From an uncultured Bacteroidales bacterium (GTDB lineage: Bacteria; Bacteroidota; Bacteroidia; Bacteroidales; UBA932): a DNA stretch of 64,000 bases. The stretch is taken from assembly GCA_947588835.1 (NCBI GenBank), contig CANPZS010000005.1, positions 6,741 through 70,740 on the forward strand, read 5' to 3'. This document shows, one piece after another, positions 16,020 to 24,901 of this stretch. The notes beneath the pieces were generated by a model. It worked only from the letters and a program-made list of their open reading frames with translations, made no database searches and was not told where the DNA came from. Position 1 is the first letter of the stretch. Each line of letters begins with the position of its first letter. The position numbers and the translations under genes were made by a program.

Positions 16020-18514
16020 TGCATTTGCCCATTATGAAAAAATTTCTTGTCTTATCGATGGCCGTCGTCCTGTGCGCCGGCGCGGCAGGACAGCCGGACC
16101 ACAGGCATGCCGCGGACGAAAGCAAATATGTCCGCAAGGCCAATTATGAACTGGCCGACAGGTTCTCCGCCAAAAAAGTCAGCCGCATGGTCTATTCCAC
16201 GCGCATTTACCCCAACTGGTTCCGCGACTCGGACAAATTCTGGTACAGCTGGCAGGACTCCGGCGGCACTTCCTATTACATAGTGGATCCGGCCGACGGA
16301 AGCAAAAAGGAGATATTCGATCTCGACAGGCTCGCCATGCAGCTCACGGAAATCGTCAAAGACCCTTTCGACGCGCAGCACATCCCGTTTGAGAAGCTCC
16401 GTCTCGAAAACGACAGGACTTTTACATTCGACATTACGGGCAGCCGCGACAAGTCGGAGGAGGCCGACAGCACTGCCGGGAAAAAACACGGCGGAAAGTC
16501 CAAAAAGGAGGTCTTTCATTTCGAATACGACATCGCCGGCAGGACGCTTAAGGACGTGACCGCACAAAAGGAAGACGAGGAAGACCGCTATCCTCGCTGG
16601 GCCAACGTGTCCCCCGACGGAGCGCTCGGGATCTTCGTCAAGAACTGCAACCTCTACGTGATGGATTCCGTCAATCTGCGCAAGGCCGCCAAAGACGAGA
16701 AGGACAGCACCATCGTGGAACGGCGCCTTACCGACGACGGCACGAAGGATTTTTCATGGGGAGGAGGAAATTATTCCGGAGACACTGAGCAGGACACTAC
16801 GAAAAGGTCGTTCGCCGGCATATCGTGGTCTCCGGACTCCAGGCATTTCGCCGTCGACAGATGGGACATGTCCGGAATAAAGGAGCTTTGGGTAATCAAC
16901 TCCCTCAGCCAGCCGAGGCCCAAGCTTGAGACATACCACTATCAGATGCCCGGAGAGCCCGGTCCCAAAGGCTATCTCTATATTTTCGACGCCGTCGAGG
17001 GAAGCCGCAGGCAGATAAGGATAGACGCGTTCAAAGACCAGGATTTCAGCATTCAGGATGCACCCCGGACCGCCGCCGACAATTACAGGGACTACTTCGG
17101 CACCAGATGGCTCGGCGACGAAAAAGGCTTCTATGCCACGAGGATGTCCCGCGACATCCACAGAGTGGACATCTGCTATATAGGCGTGGACAGCGATTCC
17201 GCCAAGGTGGTGATTCCTGAAAGGATGAACACTTATGTCGAGACGCGGCCGCTCTGGCTCATAAAGGGCGGCAGGCAGCTCATCCATTGGTCCGAACGCA
17301 ACGGATGGGCCAATCTGTACCTCTACAATGCCGACGGCACTCTTGTCCGCAACCTTACCGAAGGCGCGTTCCATGTGGAAGACATATTGGCGGTCAACGA
17401 GGCCGCCGGATACATCCTGCTTAGCGCATGCGGGGTGAACAAAGATGAAAACCCCTACCAGCTGCACACTTTCAAAGTGAGCCTGAACGGAGGCCCTCTC
17501 CAGCAGCTCGACATGGACGACATGGACGTGCTGTCATACTCCAGCGACGACGGGAAATATTTCGTGGCGAATTATTCGAGAGTGGACGCCAAGCCGGCCG
17601 TGGCTCTCTTCGACGCCAGGACGGGGCGCAAGGTGCGCGAACTCGAGGAAGCCGACTTCTCGAGGCTGTTCGCCGCAGGATATAAATTCCCCGAAAGGTT
17701 CAAGGTCAAGGCGGCAGACGGCGTCACCGACCTGTACGGGGCCATGTACAAACCGTTCGACTTCGACTCCACCAAGGTGTATCCCATATGCGACTACGTA
17801 TACCCCGGCCCCCAGGTGGAAGCCAACAACATATCATGGAGTTCGGGCATGACCCGCGTGGACCGTCTGGCCCAGATAGGGTTCATAGTCATCACCGTCG
17901 GCAACCGCGGCGGCCATCCCAACCGCTCCAAATGGTACCACAACTACGGCTACGGCAATCTGCGCGACTATGGTCTCGAAGACCAGAAATATGCCATCCA
18001 GCAGCTTGCGGCCCGTTATCCCTTCATTGACATAGACAGGGTGGGCATACATGGGCATTCCGGCGGAGGCTTCATGTCCACCGCGGCCATATTGAAATAT
18101 CCCGATTTCTTCAAGGTGGCGGTTTCCTGCGCAGGCAACCACGACAATAGCATCTACAACCGCTGGTGGAGCGAGCAGCATCACGGCATTCTCGAAAAAG
18201 TAAGCCAGGCCGACACGAGTTTCGTGTATCACATCGACACCAATCAGGAGCTGGCCGGGAACCTGAAGGGACATCTTCTCCTCGTGCACGGGGACATAGA
18301 CAACAATGTGCATCCGGCAAATACCATACGCGTCGTCAACGCCCTCATCCGCGCCGGCAAGAGGTTCGACTTCCTGTACCTGCCCGGACAGAGGCACGGC
18401 TTCGGGGACATGAACGAGTATTTCTTCTGGAAGATGGCCGACTACTACAGCGAATGGCTTCTCGGAGACAGCCAACGGCCGCTCGTGGACATTTATCAAC
18501 TGCATAACGATTGA
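16019..18514 (+). CDS. S9 family dipeptidyl-peptidase IV-like serine peptidase
   Basis: DPP-IV N-terminal propeller; GHSGGG nucleophile; DNNVH; QRHGF catalytic His. Confidence 0.92.
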   Translation: MHLPIMKKFLVLSMAVVLCAGAAGQPDHRHAADESKYVRKANYELADRFSAKKVSRMVYSTRIYPNWFRDSDKFWYSWQDSGGTSYYIVDPADGSKKEIFDLDRLAMQLTEIVKDPFDAQHIPFEKLRLENDRTFTFDITGSRDKSEEADSTAGKKHGGKSKKEVFHFEYDIAGRTLKDVTAQKEDEEDRYPRWANVSPDGALGIFVKNCNLYVMDSVNLRKAAKDEKDSTIVERRLTDDGTKDFSWGGGNYSGDTEQDTTKRSFAGISWSPDSRHFAVDRWDMSGIKELWVINSLSQPRPKLETYHYQMPGEPGPKGYLYIFDAVEGSRRQIRIDAFKDQDFSIQDAPRTAADNYRDYFGTRWLGDEKGFYATRMSRDIHRVDICYIGVDSDSAKVVIPERMNTYVETRPLWLIKGGRQLIHWSERNGWANLYLYNADGTLVRNLTEGAFHVEDILAVNEAAGYILLSACGVNKDENPYQLHTFKVSLNGGPLQQLDMDDMDVLSYSSDDGKYFVANYSRVDAKPAVALFDARTGRKVRELEEADFSRLFAAGYKFPERFKVKAADGVTDLYGAMYKPFDFDSTKVYPICDYVYPGPQVEANNISWSSGMTRVDRLAQIGFIVITVGNRGGHPNRSKWYHNYGYGNLRDYGLEDQKYAIQQLAARYPFIDIDRVGIHGHSGGGFMSTAAILKYPDFFKVAVSCAGNHDNSIYNRWWSEQHHGILEKVSQADTSFVYHIDTNQELAGNLKGHLLLVHGDIDNNVHPANTIRVVNALIRAGKRFDFLYLPGQRHGFGDMNEYFFWKMADYYSEWLLGDSQRPLVDIYQLHND

Positions 18515-18515
18515 A

Positions 18516-19298
18516 ATGATGAAAAATACGACCATCATGGCGGCGCTCGCCGCGGCCGTCCTCCTTTTGTCGGCATGCGCAGGCAAGGAAATGGTGACGG
18601 TCACATTCGATGACGCCCGCATGGTAGGACTTGCGTGGGACAGTCCGGATTCGATGGATATCCGCATCTCGGTGGAATATCCCGTAAAGGGCCTGAAAAA
18701 GAATACGCTCGAAATGATCCGCAGGCAGATCGTCAACGCGGCGTTCCATCCCGCGGAACCGTCCGGCGACATAGCGGCGGCCGCCGCCGTGTACATCGAC
18801 AGTCTCGCCAAAGAATACCGCGAAACCAACGAGGAACTGTGGGAAGACGTCATCAAAGACAACGAACAGGGCAAGAATGGCGGCACGTGGCTTTCCTGGA
18901 CCGACAATGTCACCGGATATTTCTCCGGCGGCCATGAGGGCTTGATCTCCTATGTCGTAGAGCACGACTCCTATACGGGCGGAGCGCACGGCTTAGGACA
19001 ACTGGATGCCATAGTCCTTGACCTGCGCGACGGAAGCGCAGTGAATGAAAGCGACCTTTTCGCCGACGGATATGAGGAGGGCCTCTCGGAACGGCTCAGC
19101 ACGCATCTGCCGGAAGCGTTTGACGACGAAGAATCGTACGAAGGGCTTTTCGTAAGGCAAATCGCGCCGAACGGCAACTTCATGGTTTCGGAAGACGGAG
19201 TGACATATATCTACCAGCCCTACGAGATCGGTCCGTACTCGCTCGGAACGATTTCCGTGACCGTGCCCTGGACGGAATTGGAAGATCTGCTGAAATAA
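18516..19298 (+). CDS. DUF3298/RsiV-family lipoprotein
   Basis: Lipobox LSAC; YTGGAHG and YQPYEIGPYSLG motifs. Confidence 0.8.
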   Translation: MMKNTTIMAALAAAVLLLSACAGKEMVTVTFDDARMVGLAWDSPDSMDIRISVEYPVKGLKKNTLEMIRRQIVNAAFHPAEPSGDIAAAAAVYIDSLAKEYRETNEELWEDVIKDNEQGKNGGTWLSWTDNVTGYFSGGHEGLISYVVEHDSYTGGAHGLGQLDAIVLDLRDGSAVNESDLFADGYEEGLSERLSTHLPEAFDDEESYEGLFVRQIAPNGNFMVSEDGVTYIYQPYEIGPYSLGTISVTVPWTELEDLLK

Positions 19299-19321
19299 AA
19301 CGGACAAAATCCCCAAAAATG

Positions 19322-19356
19322 AGGATTGTCCCGTCCTGACGAAAGCACTATTTTTG
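19322..19356 (+). promoter_or_regulatory. Promoter of feoAB
   Basis: AGGATTG (19322-19328), N20, TATTTTTG (19349-19356). Confidence 0.55.
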
Positions 19357-19377
19357 TCGTGCTAAATTTCCGCCGAC

Positions 19378-21738
19378 ATGTTACTTTCCGAATTGCAGAC
19401 AGGCGAAAAGGCCGTAATAGTCCGTGTGAACGGGCATGGCAGCTTTCGCAAAAGACTTATAGAGATGGGTTTCATAAGGGGCAAGAAGGTGAGCGTCATC
19501 CTGAACGCCCCCCTCAAAGACCCCATAGAATATGAAATCATAGGCTATAAATTGTCTCTGCGCAGGGAGGAAGCCGAGAAAATAGAGGTCATAAGCGAAA
19601 GCGAGGCCCAGAAGGTCCTTCGTATGCGGGAGGGGCCGGACGCCGCCGTTCCGGGAGATCCGGACGATGATGAAAATATAGAAAAGATAATGTCGGAAAT
19701 GGCCGACGACAGGCGGCGCGACATACGCGTGGCCCTTGTCGGCAACCCGAACTGCGGCAAGACGTCCCTTTTCAACATAGCTTCCGGCCGCCACGAACAC
19801 ACCGGCAATTACAGCGGGGTGACGGTCGACGCAAAAGAGGGCAGGTTTGAATACAAGGGCTATAAGATCACCCTCATAGACCTGCCGGGCACATATTCCC
19901 TTTCGGCCTACAGTCCCGAGGAACTGTACGTCAGAAACGCCCTCACCGACTCCGTGCCGGACGTCGTCATAAACGTGGTGGACGCCTCCAATATAGAAAG
20001 GAACCTCTACCTCACCGCCCAGCTGATAGACATGAACCTGAGGGTGGTGATGGCCCTGAACATGTACGACGAGCTCGAAGCCAAGGGCGACAAGATAGAC
20101 GTCGGCCAGCTCGGCCACCTTCTGGGCGTACCGGTCCGACCTACCGTAAGCCGCGACGGACAGGGAATCGACGCGCTGTTCGACACGGTGATAGACATCT
20201 ACGAACGCAACGACGCCAGCCTCGCCCGCCACATCCACATCAACCACGGGGCGGAACTTGAGGCGAGCATAGAGCGCCTCAAGGGGATGATCGCCCGCAA
20301 CGAAGGCATAAAGTCCAAATATTCCACCCGGTATCTGGCCATCAAATACCTTGAAAACGATCCGGACATATCGTCATTGCTGTCCGGCCTGCCGAACCGG
20401 CAGGAACTGGAAAAGGCCAGGAAAGAAGAAAACGCGCGCATAACGTCGCTGCTCGGCACCGATGCGGAGTCGGCCATAGTGGACGCCAAATACGCATTCA
20501 TCCAGGGCGCGCTTGCCGAGACCTACGTACAGTTCCGCAGCGAAAAGCCCAGGCGCTCGGTCACGGACAAGATAGATGCCGTAGTCACCCATAAGTGGCT
20601 TGCGTTCCCCATATTCATAGGCCTGCTGTATATCGTGTTCAAGGCCACCTTTTCATTGGGACAGTATCCGATGGACTGGATAGACGCCGCGGTGGGGATC
20701 ATCGGCGATTTCACGGGGAAATTCATGAAGGACGGCTGGATAAAGGACCTTGTCGTGGACGGGGTCATAGCCGGAGTGGGCTCCGTCCTCGTTTTCCTGC
20801 CCAACATAATGATTCTCTATCTGTTCATATCGCTGATGGAAGACAGCGGATATATGGCGAGGGCGGCGTTTATCGTGGACAGGCTCATGCACCGCATCGG
20901 CCTGCACGGCAAATCTTTCATTCCCATGGTGATGGGATTCGGATGCAATGTCCCCGCCATCATGGCGACGCGCACCATTGAGAGCCGGAAAAGCCGTTTC
21001 ATCACTCTCGCCATCATTCCCTTTATGGCCTGCGCCGGACGGCTCCCGGTCTTCGTGCTTTTCGCGGGAGTGTTCTTTCCGCACAATTCGGCGCTCGTCC
21101 TGCTCGGCATATATCTTTTGGGCGTGGTGATGGCCGTGCTGTCGGCCCTCGTGCTGAAACGTTTCATCAAAGATGACGACCTCCCCTTCGTCATGGAGCT
21201 TCCCCCTTACCGGATACCTACGGCCAAGGCTATTTGGAGGCACACGTGGGGAAAAGGCAGGCAGTATCTTGAAAAGATGTCGAGCACCATACTCATCTGT
21301 TCGATAATCATCTGGTGCCTCGGCTATTTCCCGAGACACGAAGGCATGGACGCGGAGTACAGACAGGAACATTCGTTCATCGGCATGCTCGGCAAAAGCG
21401 TCGAGCCGGCGCTTGAGCCTCTCGGCTTCAACTGGAAAATGGACGTGGGCCTCCTTGCCGGGGTAGGGGCCAAAGAATTGGTCGTGAGCACTCTCGGAGT
21501 AATGTACGCCTCGGATGACGACCATCTCCCGGCGGCCCTGCAGCACAGCGTCACGCCCGCGGCCGCCCTGTCCTTCATGGTGTTCGTGCTGCTATATTTC
21601 CCGTGCATCGCCACTTTCATCGCCATCAAGAACGAAACCGGAAGCTGGAAATGGGCCTGCATAAGCGCCGTATATACCCTGCTTGTCGCCTGGATCATGG
21701 CCTTCATAACTTACCGAATAGGCATTCTGCTGCTTTGA
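19378..21738 (+). CDS. feoB: Ferrous iron transporter, FeoA-FeoB fusion
   Basis: N-terminal FeoA domain (RKRLIEMGF...APLKDPIEY); GNPNCGKT, DLPGTYSL, NMYD G-motifs; membrane domain. Confidence 0.95.
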   Translation: MLLSELQTGEKAVIVRVNGHGSFRKRLIEMGFIRGKKVSVILNAPLKDPIEYEIIGYKLSLRREEAEKIEVISESEAQKVLRMREGPDAAVPGDPDDDENIEKIMSEMADDRRRDIRVALVGNPNCGKTSLFNIASGRHEHTGNYSGVTVDAKEGRFEYKGYKITLIDLPGTYSLSAYSPEELYVRNALTDSVPDVVINVVDASNIERNLYLTAQLIDMNLRVVMALNMYDELEAKGDKIDVGQLGHLLGVPVRPTVSRDGQGIDALFDTVIDIYERNDASLARHIHINHGAELEASIERLKGMIARNEGIKSKYSTRYLAIKYLENDPDISSLLSGLPNRQELEKARKEENARITSLLGTDAESAIVDAKYAFIQGALAETYVQFRSEKPRRSVTDKIDAVVTHKWLAFPIFIGLLYIVFKATFSLGQYPMDWIDAAVGIIGDFTGKFMKDGWIKDLVVDGVIAGVGSVLVFLPNIMILYLFISLMEDSGYMARAAFIVDRLMHRIGLHGKSFIPMVMGFGCNVPAIMATRTIESRKSRFITLAIIPFMACAGRLPVFVLFAGVFFPHNSALVLLGIYLLGVVMAVLSALVLKRFIKDDDLPFVMELPPYRIPTAKAIWRHTWGKGRQYLEKMSSTILICSIIIWCLGYFPRHEGMDAEYRQEHSFIGMLGKSVEPALEPLGFNWKMDVGLLAGVGAKELVVSTLGVMYASDDDHLPAALQHSVTPAAALSFMVFVLLYFPCIATFIAIKNETGSWKWACISAVYTLLVAWIMAFITYRIGILLL

Positions 21739-21783
21739 GTACTGATTTTTTAGGATTGGCTTCCGCCCTTTTCATCACATTTT

Positions 21784-21818
21784 AGGATTGCCGCAGGAAA
21801 GGGGAAACCATATTTTTG
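21784..21818 (+). promoter_or_regulatory. Promoter of the porin-like gene
   Basis: AGGATTG (21784-21790), N20, TATTTTTG (21811-21818); same architecture as the feoAB promoter. Confidence 0.55.
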
Positions 21819-21842
21819 CCGCATAATTCAAAATTTACGATT

Positions 21843-23024
21843 ATGCGAAAAATAATACCTATAACGGCGGCGATAACTTTTCTGTTCAGCGGCGCGGCGG
21901 ACGCCCAGATACGCAGCGGAGGACTCACCGCAGGCGGATTCGGCGAAATAGCCCTTTCCCGCAATTTCTTCAGCGACAACGTTTATCGCTATCCCAACGC
22001 CCCAGCCCACGAAAAAGAAGGGCTCGGACGTCTTGAAATCCCTCACGTAGGCTTTTCCATCGGCTATGACTTCGGGAAAGGCTGGAGCATGCAAAGCGAA
22101 TTGGAAATAGCGGACGCCGGAGCCGGAGAAGCGGCTCTCGAACAGTTCTGGATCCAGAAAAGTTTCTTCCCGTCGCTCAATATAAAGGCCGGGCATTTCA
22201 TCGTTCCGGTCGGAGGCCTCAACAATGCGAACGACCCGATGAATTATTTCACCGTATACAGTCCCGAAGGGGAATTTACCATACTGCCCTCCATCTGGCA
22301 CGACACGGGAGTGACGATCTGGGGCGAAGCGGGAAAATGGCGCTATGAAGTGCAATTGATCGCAGGACCGGACGCCTTCCTTTTCAGCAGTGACAATTTC
22401 GTGAAAAAAGGAGCCGGCGCCCCGTTCGAATTCAAGGCCGCCGACCAATGCGGCATCGCGGCGCGCATCGACAACAGTCCGATAAAAAGCCTCAATATAG
22501 GACTGAGCGGATACTACGGCAAATCCATGCACAACGCCTATCCCGACGATCCCGGTACGGAACGCCATGCCGGCGTGAAAGGCGCCGCAACCATAGGGGC
22601 ATTCGATTTCCTTTATGAGGACAGCCGGATCATAATGCGCGGGAGCGTGGATTACGGACACATAAAACACAACCGTACGGCCGCAGACGCGTCCTATGAC
22701 AAATCCCCGGCAGGACGCGGCACCGTGGCCTGCGGCATGGAATTAGGCTATGACCTCTTTTCGCTTTTCGAGAAGCTGCGCACATCCGGAAACAGGCTTT
22801 TCGTCTTCGGCCGCAGCGAATATTACAATCCGTACATAAGGAACGAAAGACAGGAAATAGCGGAATTCGCCAAGAAGACGCGCGTGGCCGCCGGACTGAA
22901 CTGGTTTCCGATACCCGAGATAGCGGTGAAATGCGAATATTCGTACCGTTTTCTGGCGGCTCCGTACAACAATGAGCCATCCATATCGCTCGGCGTGGCC
23001 TTCCAAGGGTTTTTCACAAAATAA
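21843..23024 (+). CDS. Putative outer-membrane porin-like beta-barrel protein
   Basis: Signal peptide; IPHVGFSIGYDFGKGWS, EQFWI, LPSIWHDTG; aromatic-rich beta C-terminus (FQGFFTK). Start moved to ATG 21843. Confidence 0.65.
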   Translation: MRKIIPITAAITFLFSGAADAQIRSGGLTAGGFGEIALSRNFFSDNVYRYPNAPAHEKEGLGRLEIPHVGFSIGYDFGKGWSMQSELEIADAGAGEAALEQFWIQKSFFPSLNIKAGHFIVPVGGLNNANDPMNYFTVYSPEGEFTILPSIWHDTGVTIWGEAGKWRYEVQLIAGPDAFLFSSDNFVKKGAGAPFEFKAADQCGIAARIDNSPIKSLNIGLSGYYGKSMHNAYPDDPGTERHAGVKGAATIGAFDFLYEDSRIIMRGSVDYGHIKHNRTAADASYDKSPAGRGTVACGMELGYDLFSLFEKLRTSGNRLFVFGRSEYYNPYIRNERQEIAEFAKKTRVAAGLNWFPIPEIAVKCEYSYRFLAAPYNNEPSISLGVAFQGFFTK

Positions 23025-23058
23025 TCATAGAAATGAAGACAAATTTTAAACTGTACGG

Positions 23059-23388
23059 CTACGCCTGAATACCTGTTTCGCGGCGTCTGGCGGCATAATA
23101 GTCCGCATGGGCCGGGTTCTCGGGGAACCATCCCCTGAGAACCCTTTTTTCTTGATGGAAAAGTTCCAGTATGCCCCAAAGGAATGAAAAGCCCGTGACC
23201 GCGGAAATGGTGGAAAAGACCAACGACTTCACAAACAATGACAGGACGGCGAAAAACAGGCCTATGGCGAGAAACCAAACCCAGCATTTCTTTGTGAATC
23301 TGTATTCGGCCTTGATCACTATGGGATGGCATATGCCTATTATGAGGAAAGTCGCGGCACCGACTATGATTCCCTGCAGGTTTTCCAT
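23059..23388 (-). CDS. DUF4491 family membrane protein
   Basis: FLIIGICHPIVIKAEY...GFSFLWGILELFHQEKRVLRGWFPENP. Confidence 0.8.
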   Translation of the reverse strand: MENLQGIIVGAATFLIIGICHPIVIKAEYRFTKKCWVWFLAIGLFFAVLSLFVKSLVFSTISAVTGFSFLWGILELFHQEKRVLRGWFPENPAHADYYAARRRETGIQA

Positions 23389-23393
23389 TGCGG

Positions 23394-23999
23394 CTATTCT
23401 ATTGAATTGATATCTATAAGATTGTTCAGCAGGGCATATACCGTAAGTCCGGCCACGGTCTTTATCCCCGTTTTCTTTACTATGTTCTTGCGGTGGGTGA
23501 TCACCGTATACACGGAAATATTGTATTTGTCGGCGATTTCCTTGTTGAGCAGGCCGGTGGCCACGCCGACGAGAATCTCTTTTTCTCGTGTCGACAACTC
23601 GCTCCCTTCGTCCTTGGACTCGTCCTGTCCGGAAGCCGCGGCTCCGCGCAGTTTTTTTATCATGGCCGAGGGAGAGTCGTACATATTGATGACGGCATCA
23701 TATTGGCGCAGCGAATCTTCATCCATGACGGCGCTCTCTATGGCGGCCACCGGGACGTCGGCGTATTCTGCGAGGACGGCGCGGGCGTTGGCGCGGGAGC
23801 CTGCGTCGAATACGGACGGATCCACCACGATGATGTCGGCGTCGGTGTTTTTAAGGCGGTTCACATTGGCCGGGGACAGGTCCGAAATCATGCCGGACAC
23901 CCTGAATTCGCCCGCTTCAGCCAATATGCTTTCAATCCCGCGCGCCACTATCATCGAAGGAATTACAAGCAGCGTTTTTTTTCTGTTACTTCTGGCCAT
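23394..23999 (-). CDS. LuxR-family transcriptional regulator with atypical receiver-like N-domain
   Basis: C-terminal LSTREKEILVGVATGLLNKEIADKYNISVYTVITHRKNI helix-turn-helix. Confidence 0.88.
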   Translation of the reverse strand: MARSNRKKTLLVIPSMIVARGIESILAEAGEFRVSGMISDLSPANVNRLKNTDADIIVVDPSVFDAGSRANARAVLAEYADVPVAAIESAVMDEDSLRQYDAVINMYDSPSAMIKKLRGAAASGQDESKDEGSELSTREKEILVGVATGLLNKEIADKYNISVYTVITHRKNIVKKTGIKTVAGLTVYALLNNLIDINSIE

Positions 24000-24678
24000 T
24001 TTCAAGTCTGTCGATAAGCGGCATGAGGATGCTGTCCTCTATGGCCGTATGTTTGGCAAGATCGGATTCCAGATAATACACGTAGAAAAGCACTTTCTGC
24101 ACGTCGGCGCCGTCGCAGACCGCGGGAATATATTTCATCACTATGTTTTTCAGATCGCCGATTTTCTCGCCTATGCTGTGATGTCCCTCTTCCAAGTTCG
24201 CCACCCCGCCCTTGCCGGAGACGGTTCCGGACAGCAGGGCGTCCACATAAGGGAACACGTGAAGTTCTTCGAATTCGAAATGCCTTTCCAATTCGTCCTT
24301 GTAGTCGCTGAAGAATTTCCATATAATTTTCCTGTAGCTTTCGCCGCAGGGAACGAGCATCTTTTCTATGGCGGCGGCCAGGGCAACAAGGGCGCTGTCG
24401 GTATAATAGCTGTGCGAAAGGCGGAGATACCGCACTATGTCGGCGGCGTTCACGGAGTCAAGGGCTTCTTTTAGCGGGACATAACCGTCCGGAGAATCGT
24501 AGACATCGCATATCAGCATGAACGTGTCCGCATCCACACCGTGCCTGCGGCACAGCTCGAGCACGGACGCTTCGCCGAAGCCGAGAGACATCCCCATTCT
24601 GGACATTACACCTATGAGATGGAAATTCCGGTCTATGAGGTCGGAGGCCTTCATCTTTTTCATTGCGTTCTTAGTCAT
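23986..24678 (-). CDS. Hemerythrin-like (RIC/YtfE-like di-iron) domain protein
   Basis: N-terminal ScdA-like LGFGEASVLELCRRHGVD; HSYY, HFEFEE, HH and HTAIED metal-ligand motifs. Start moved to ATG 24678 because TTG 24702 lies in the promoter. Confidence 0.8.
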   Translation of the reverse strand: MTKNAMKKMKASDLIDRNFHLIGVMSRMGMSLGFGEASVLELCRRHGVDADTFMLICDVYDSPDGYVPLKEALDSVNAADIVRYLRLSHSYYTDSALVALAAAIEKMLVPCGESYRKIIWKFFSDYKDELERHFEFEELHVFPYVDALLSGTVSGKGGVANLEEGHHSIGEKIGDLKNIVMKYIPAVCDGADVQKVLFYVYYLESDLAKHTAIEDSILMPLIDRLENGQK

Positions 24679-24699
24679 AAAGACATCGTTTGGATCGTT

Positions 24700-24731
24700 C
24701 AAAGGTAGGAAAAAACGTTTTTCCGCGCAAT
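24700..24731 (-). promoter_or_regulatory. Proximal promoter of the hemerythrin-LuxR operon
   Basis: Minus strand ATTG, N20, TACCTTTG (24707-24700). Confidence 0.55.
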
Positions 24732-24739
24732 TTATCCTT

Positions 24740-24776
24740 AAAGAGCCCTCCCGCGGCTCCCGCCGGAAGAGGACTC
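24740..24776 (-). terminator. GC-rich hairpin with GGGA tetraloop and short U tail
   Basis: Minus strand GAGTCCTC...CGGC-GGGA-GCCG...GAGGGCTC-TTT. Confidence 0.5.
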
Positions 24777-24829
24777 TGACAATTAAAAGGATCTAAATTT
24801 AACCGTATGGCTTCAAATCTCAAATTTGA
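24740..24829 (-). ncRNA. Candidate ~90-nt small RNA
   Basis: Upstream promoter match (24836-24870), 5' hairpin TCAAAT-TTGAG-ATTTGA, AU-rich middle, 3' terminator-like hairpin. Confidence 0.25.
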
Positions 24830-24835
24830 CATGGA

Positions 24836-24870
24836 CAAAGGTAGCGCATCCTGCGGCGCACGGCAATCCC
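24836..24870 (-). promoter_or_regulatory. Distal promoter-like element
   Basis: Minus strand GGGATTG, N20, TACCTTTG (24843-24836). Confidence 0.45.
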
Positions 24871-24901
24871 AAATTGTTGGTATCCGCGCTCCGGTCCATA
24901 G

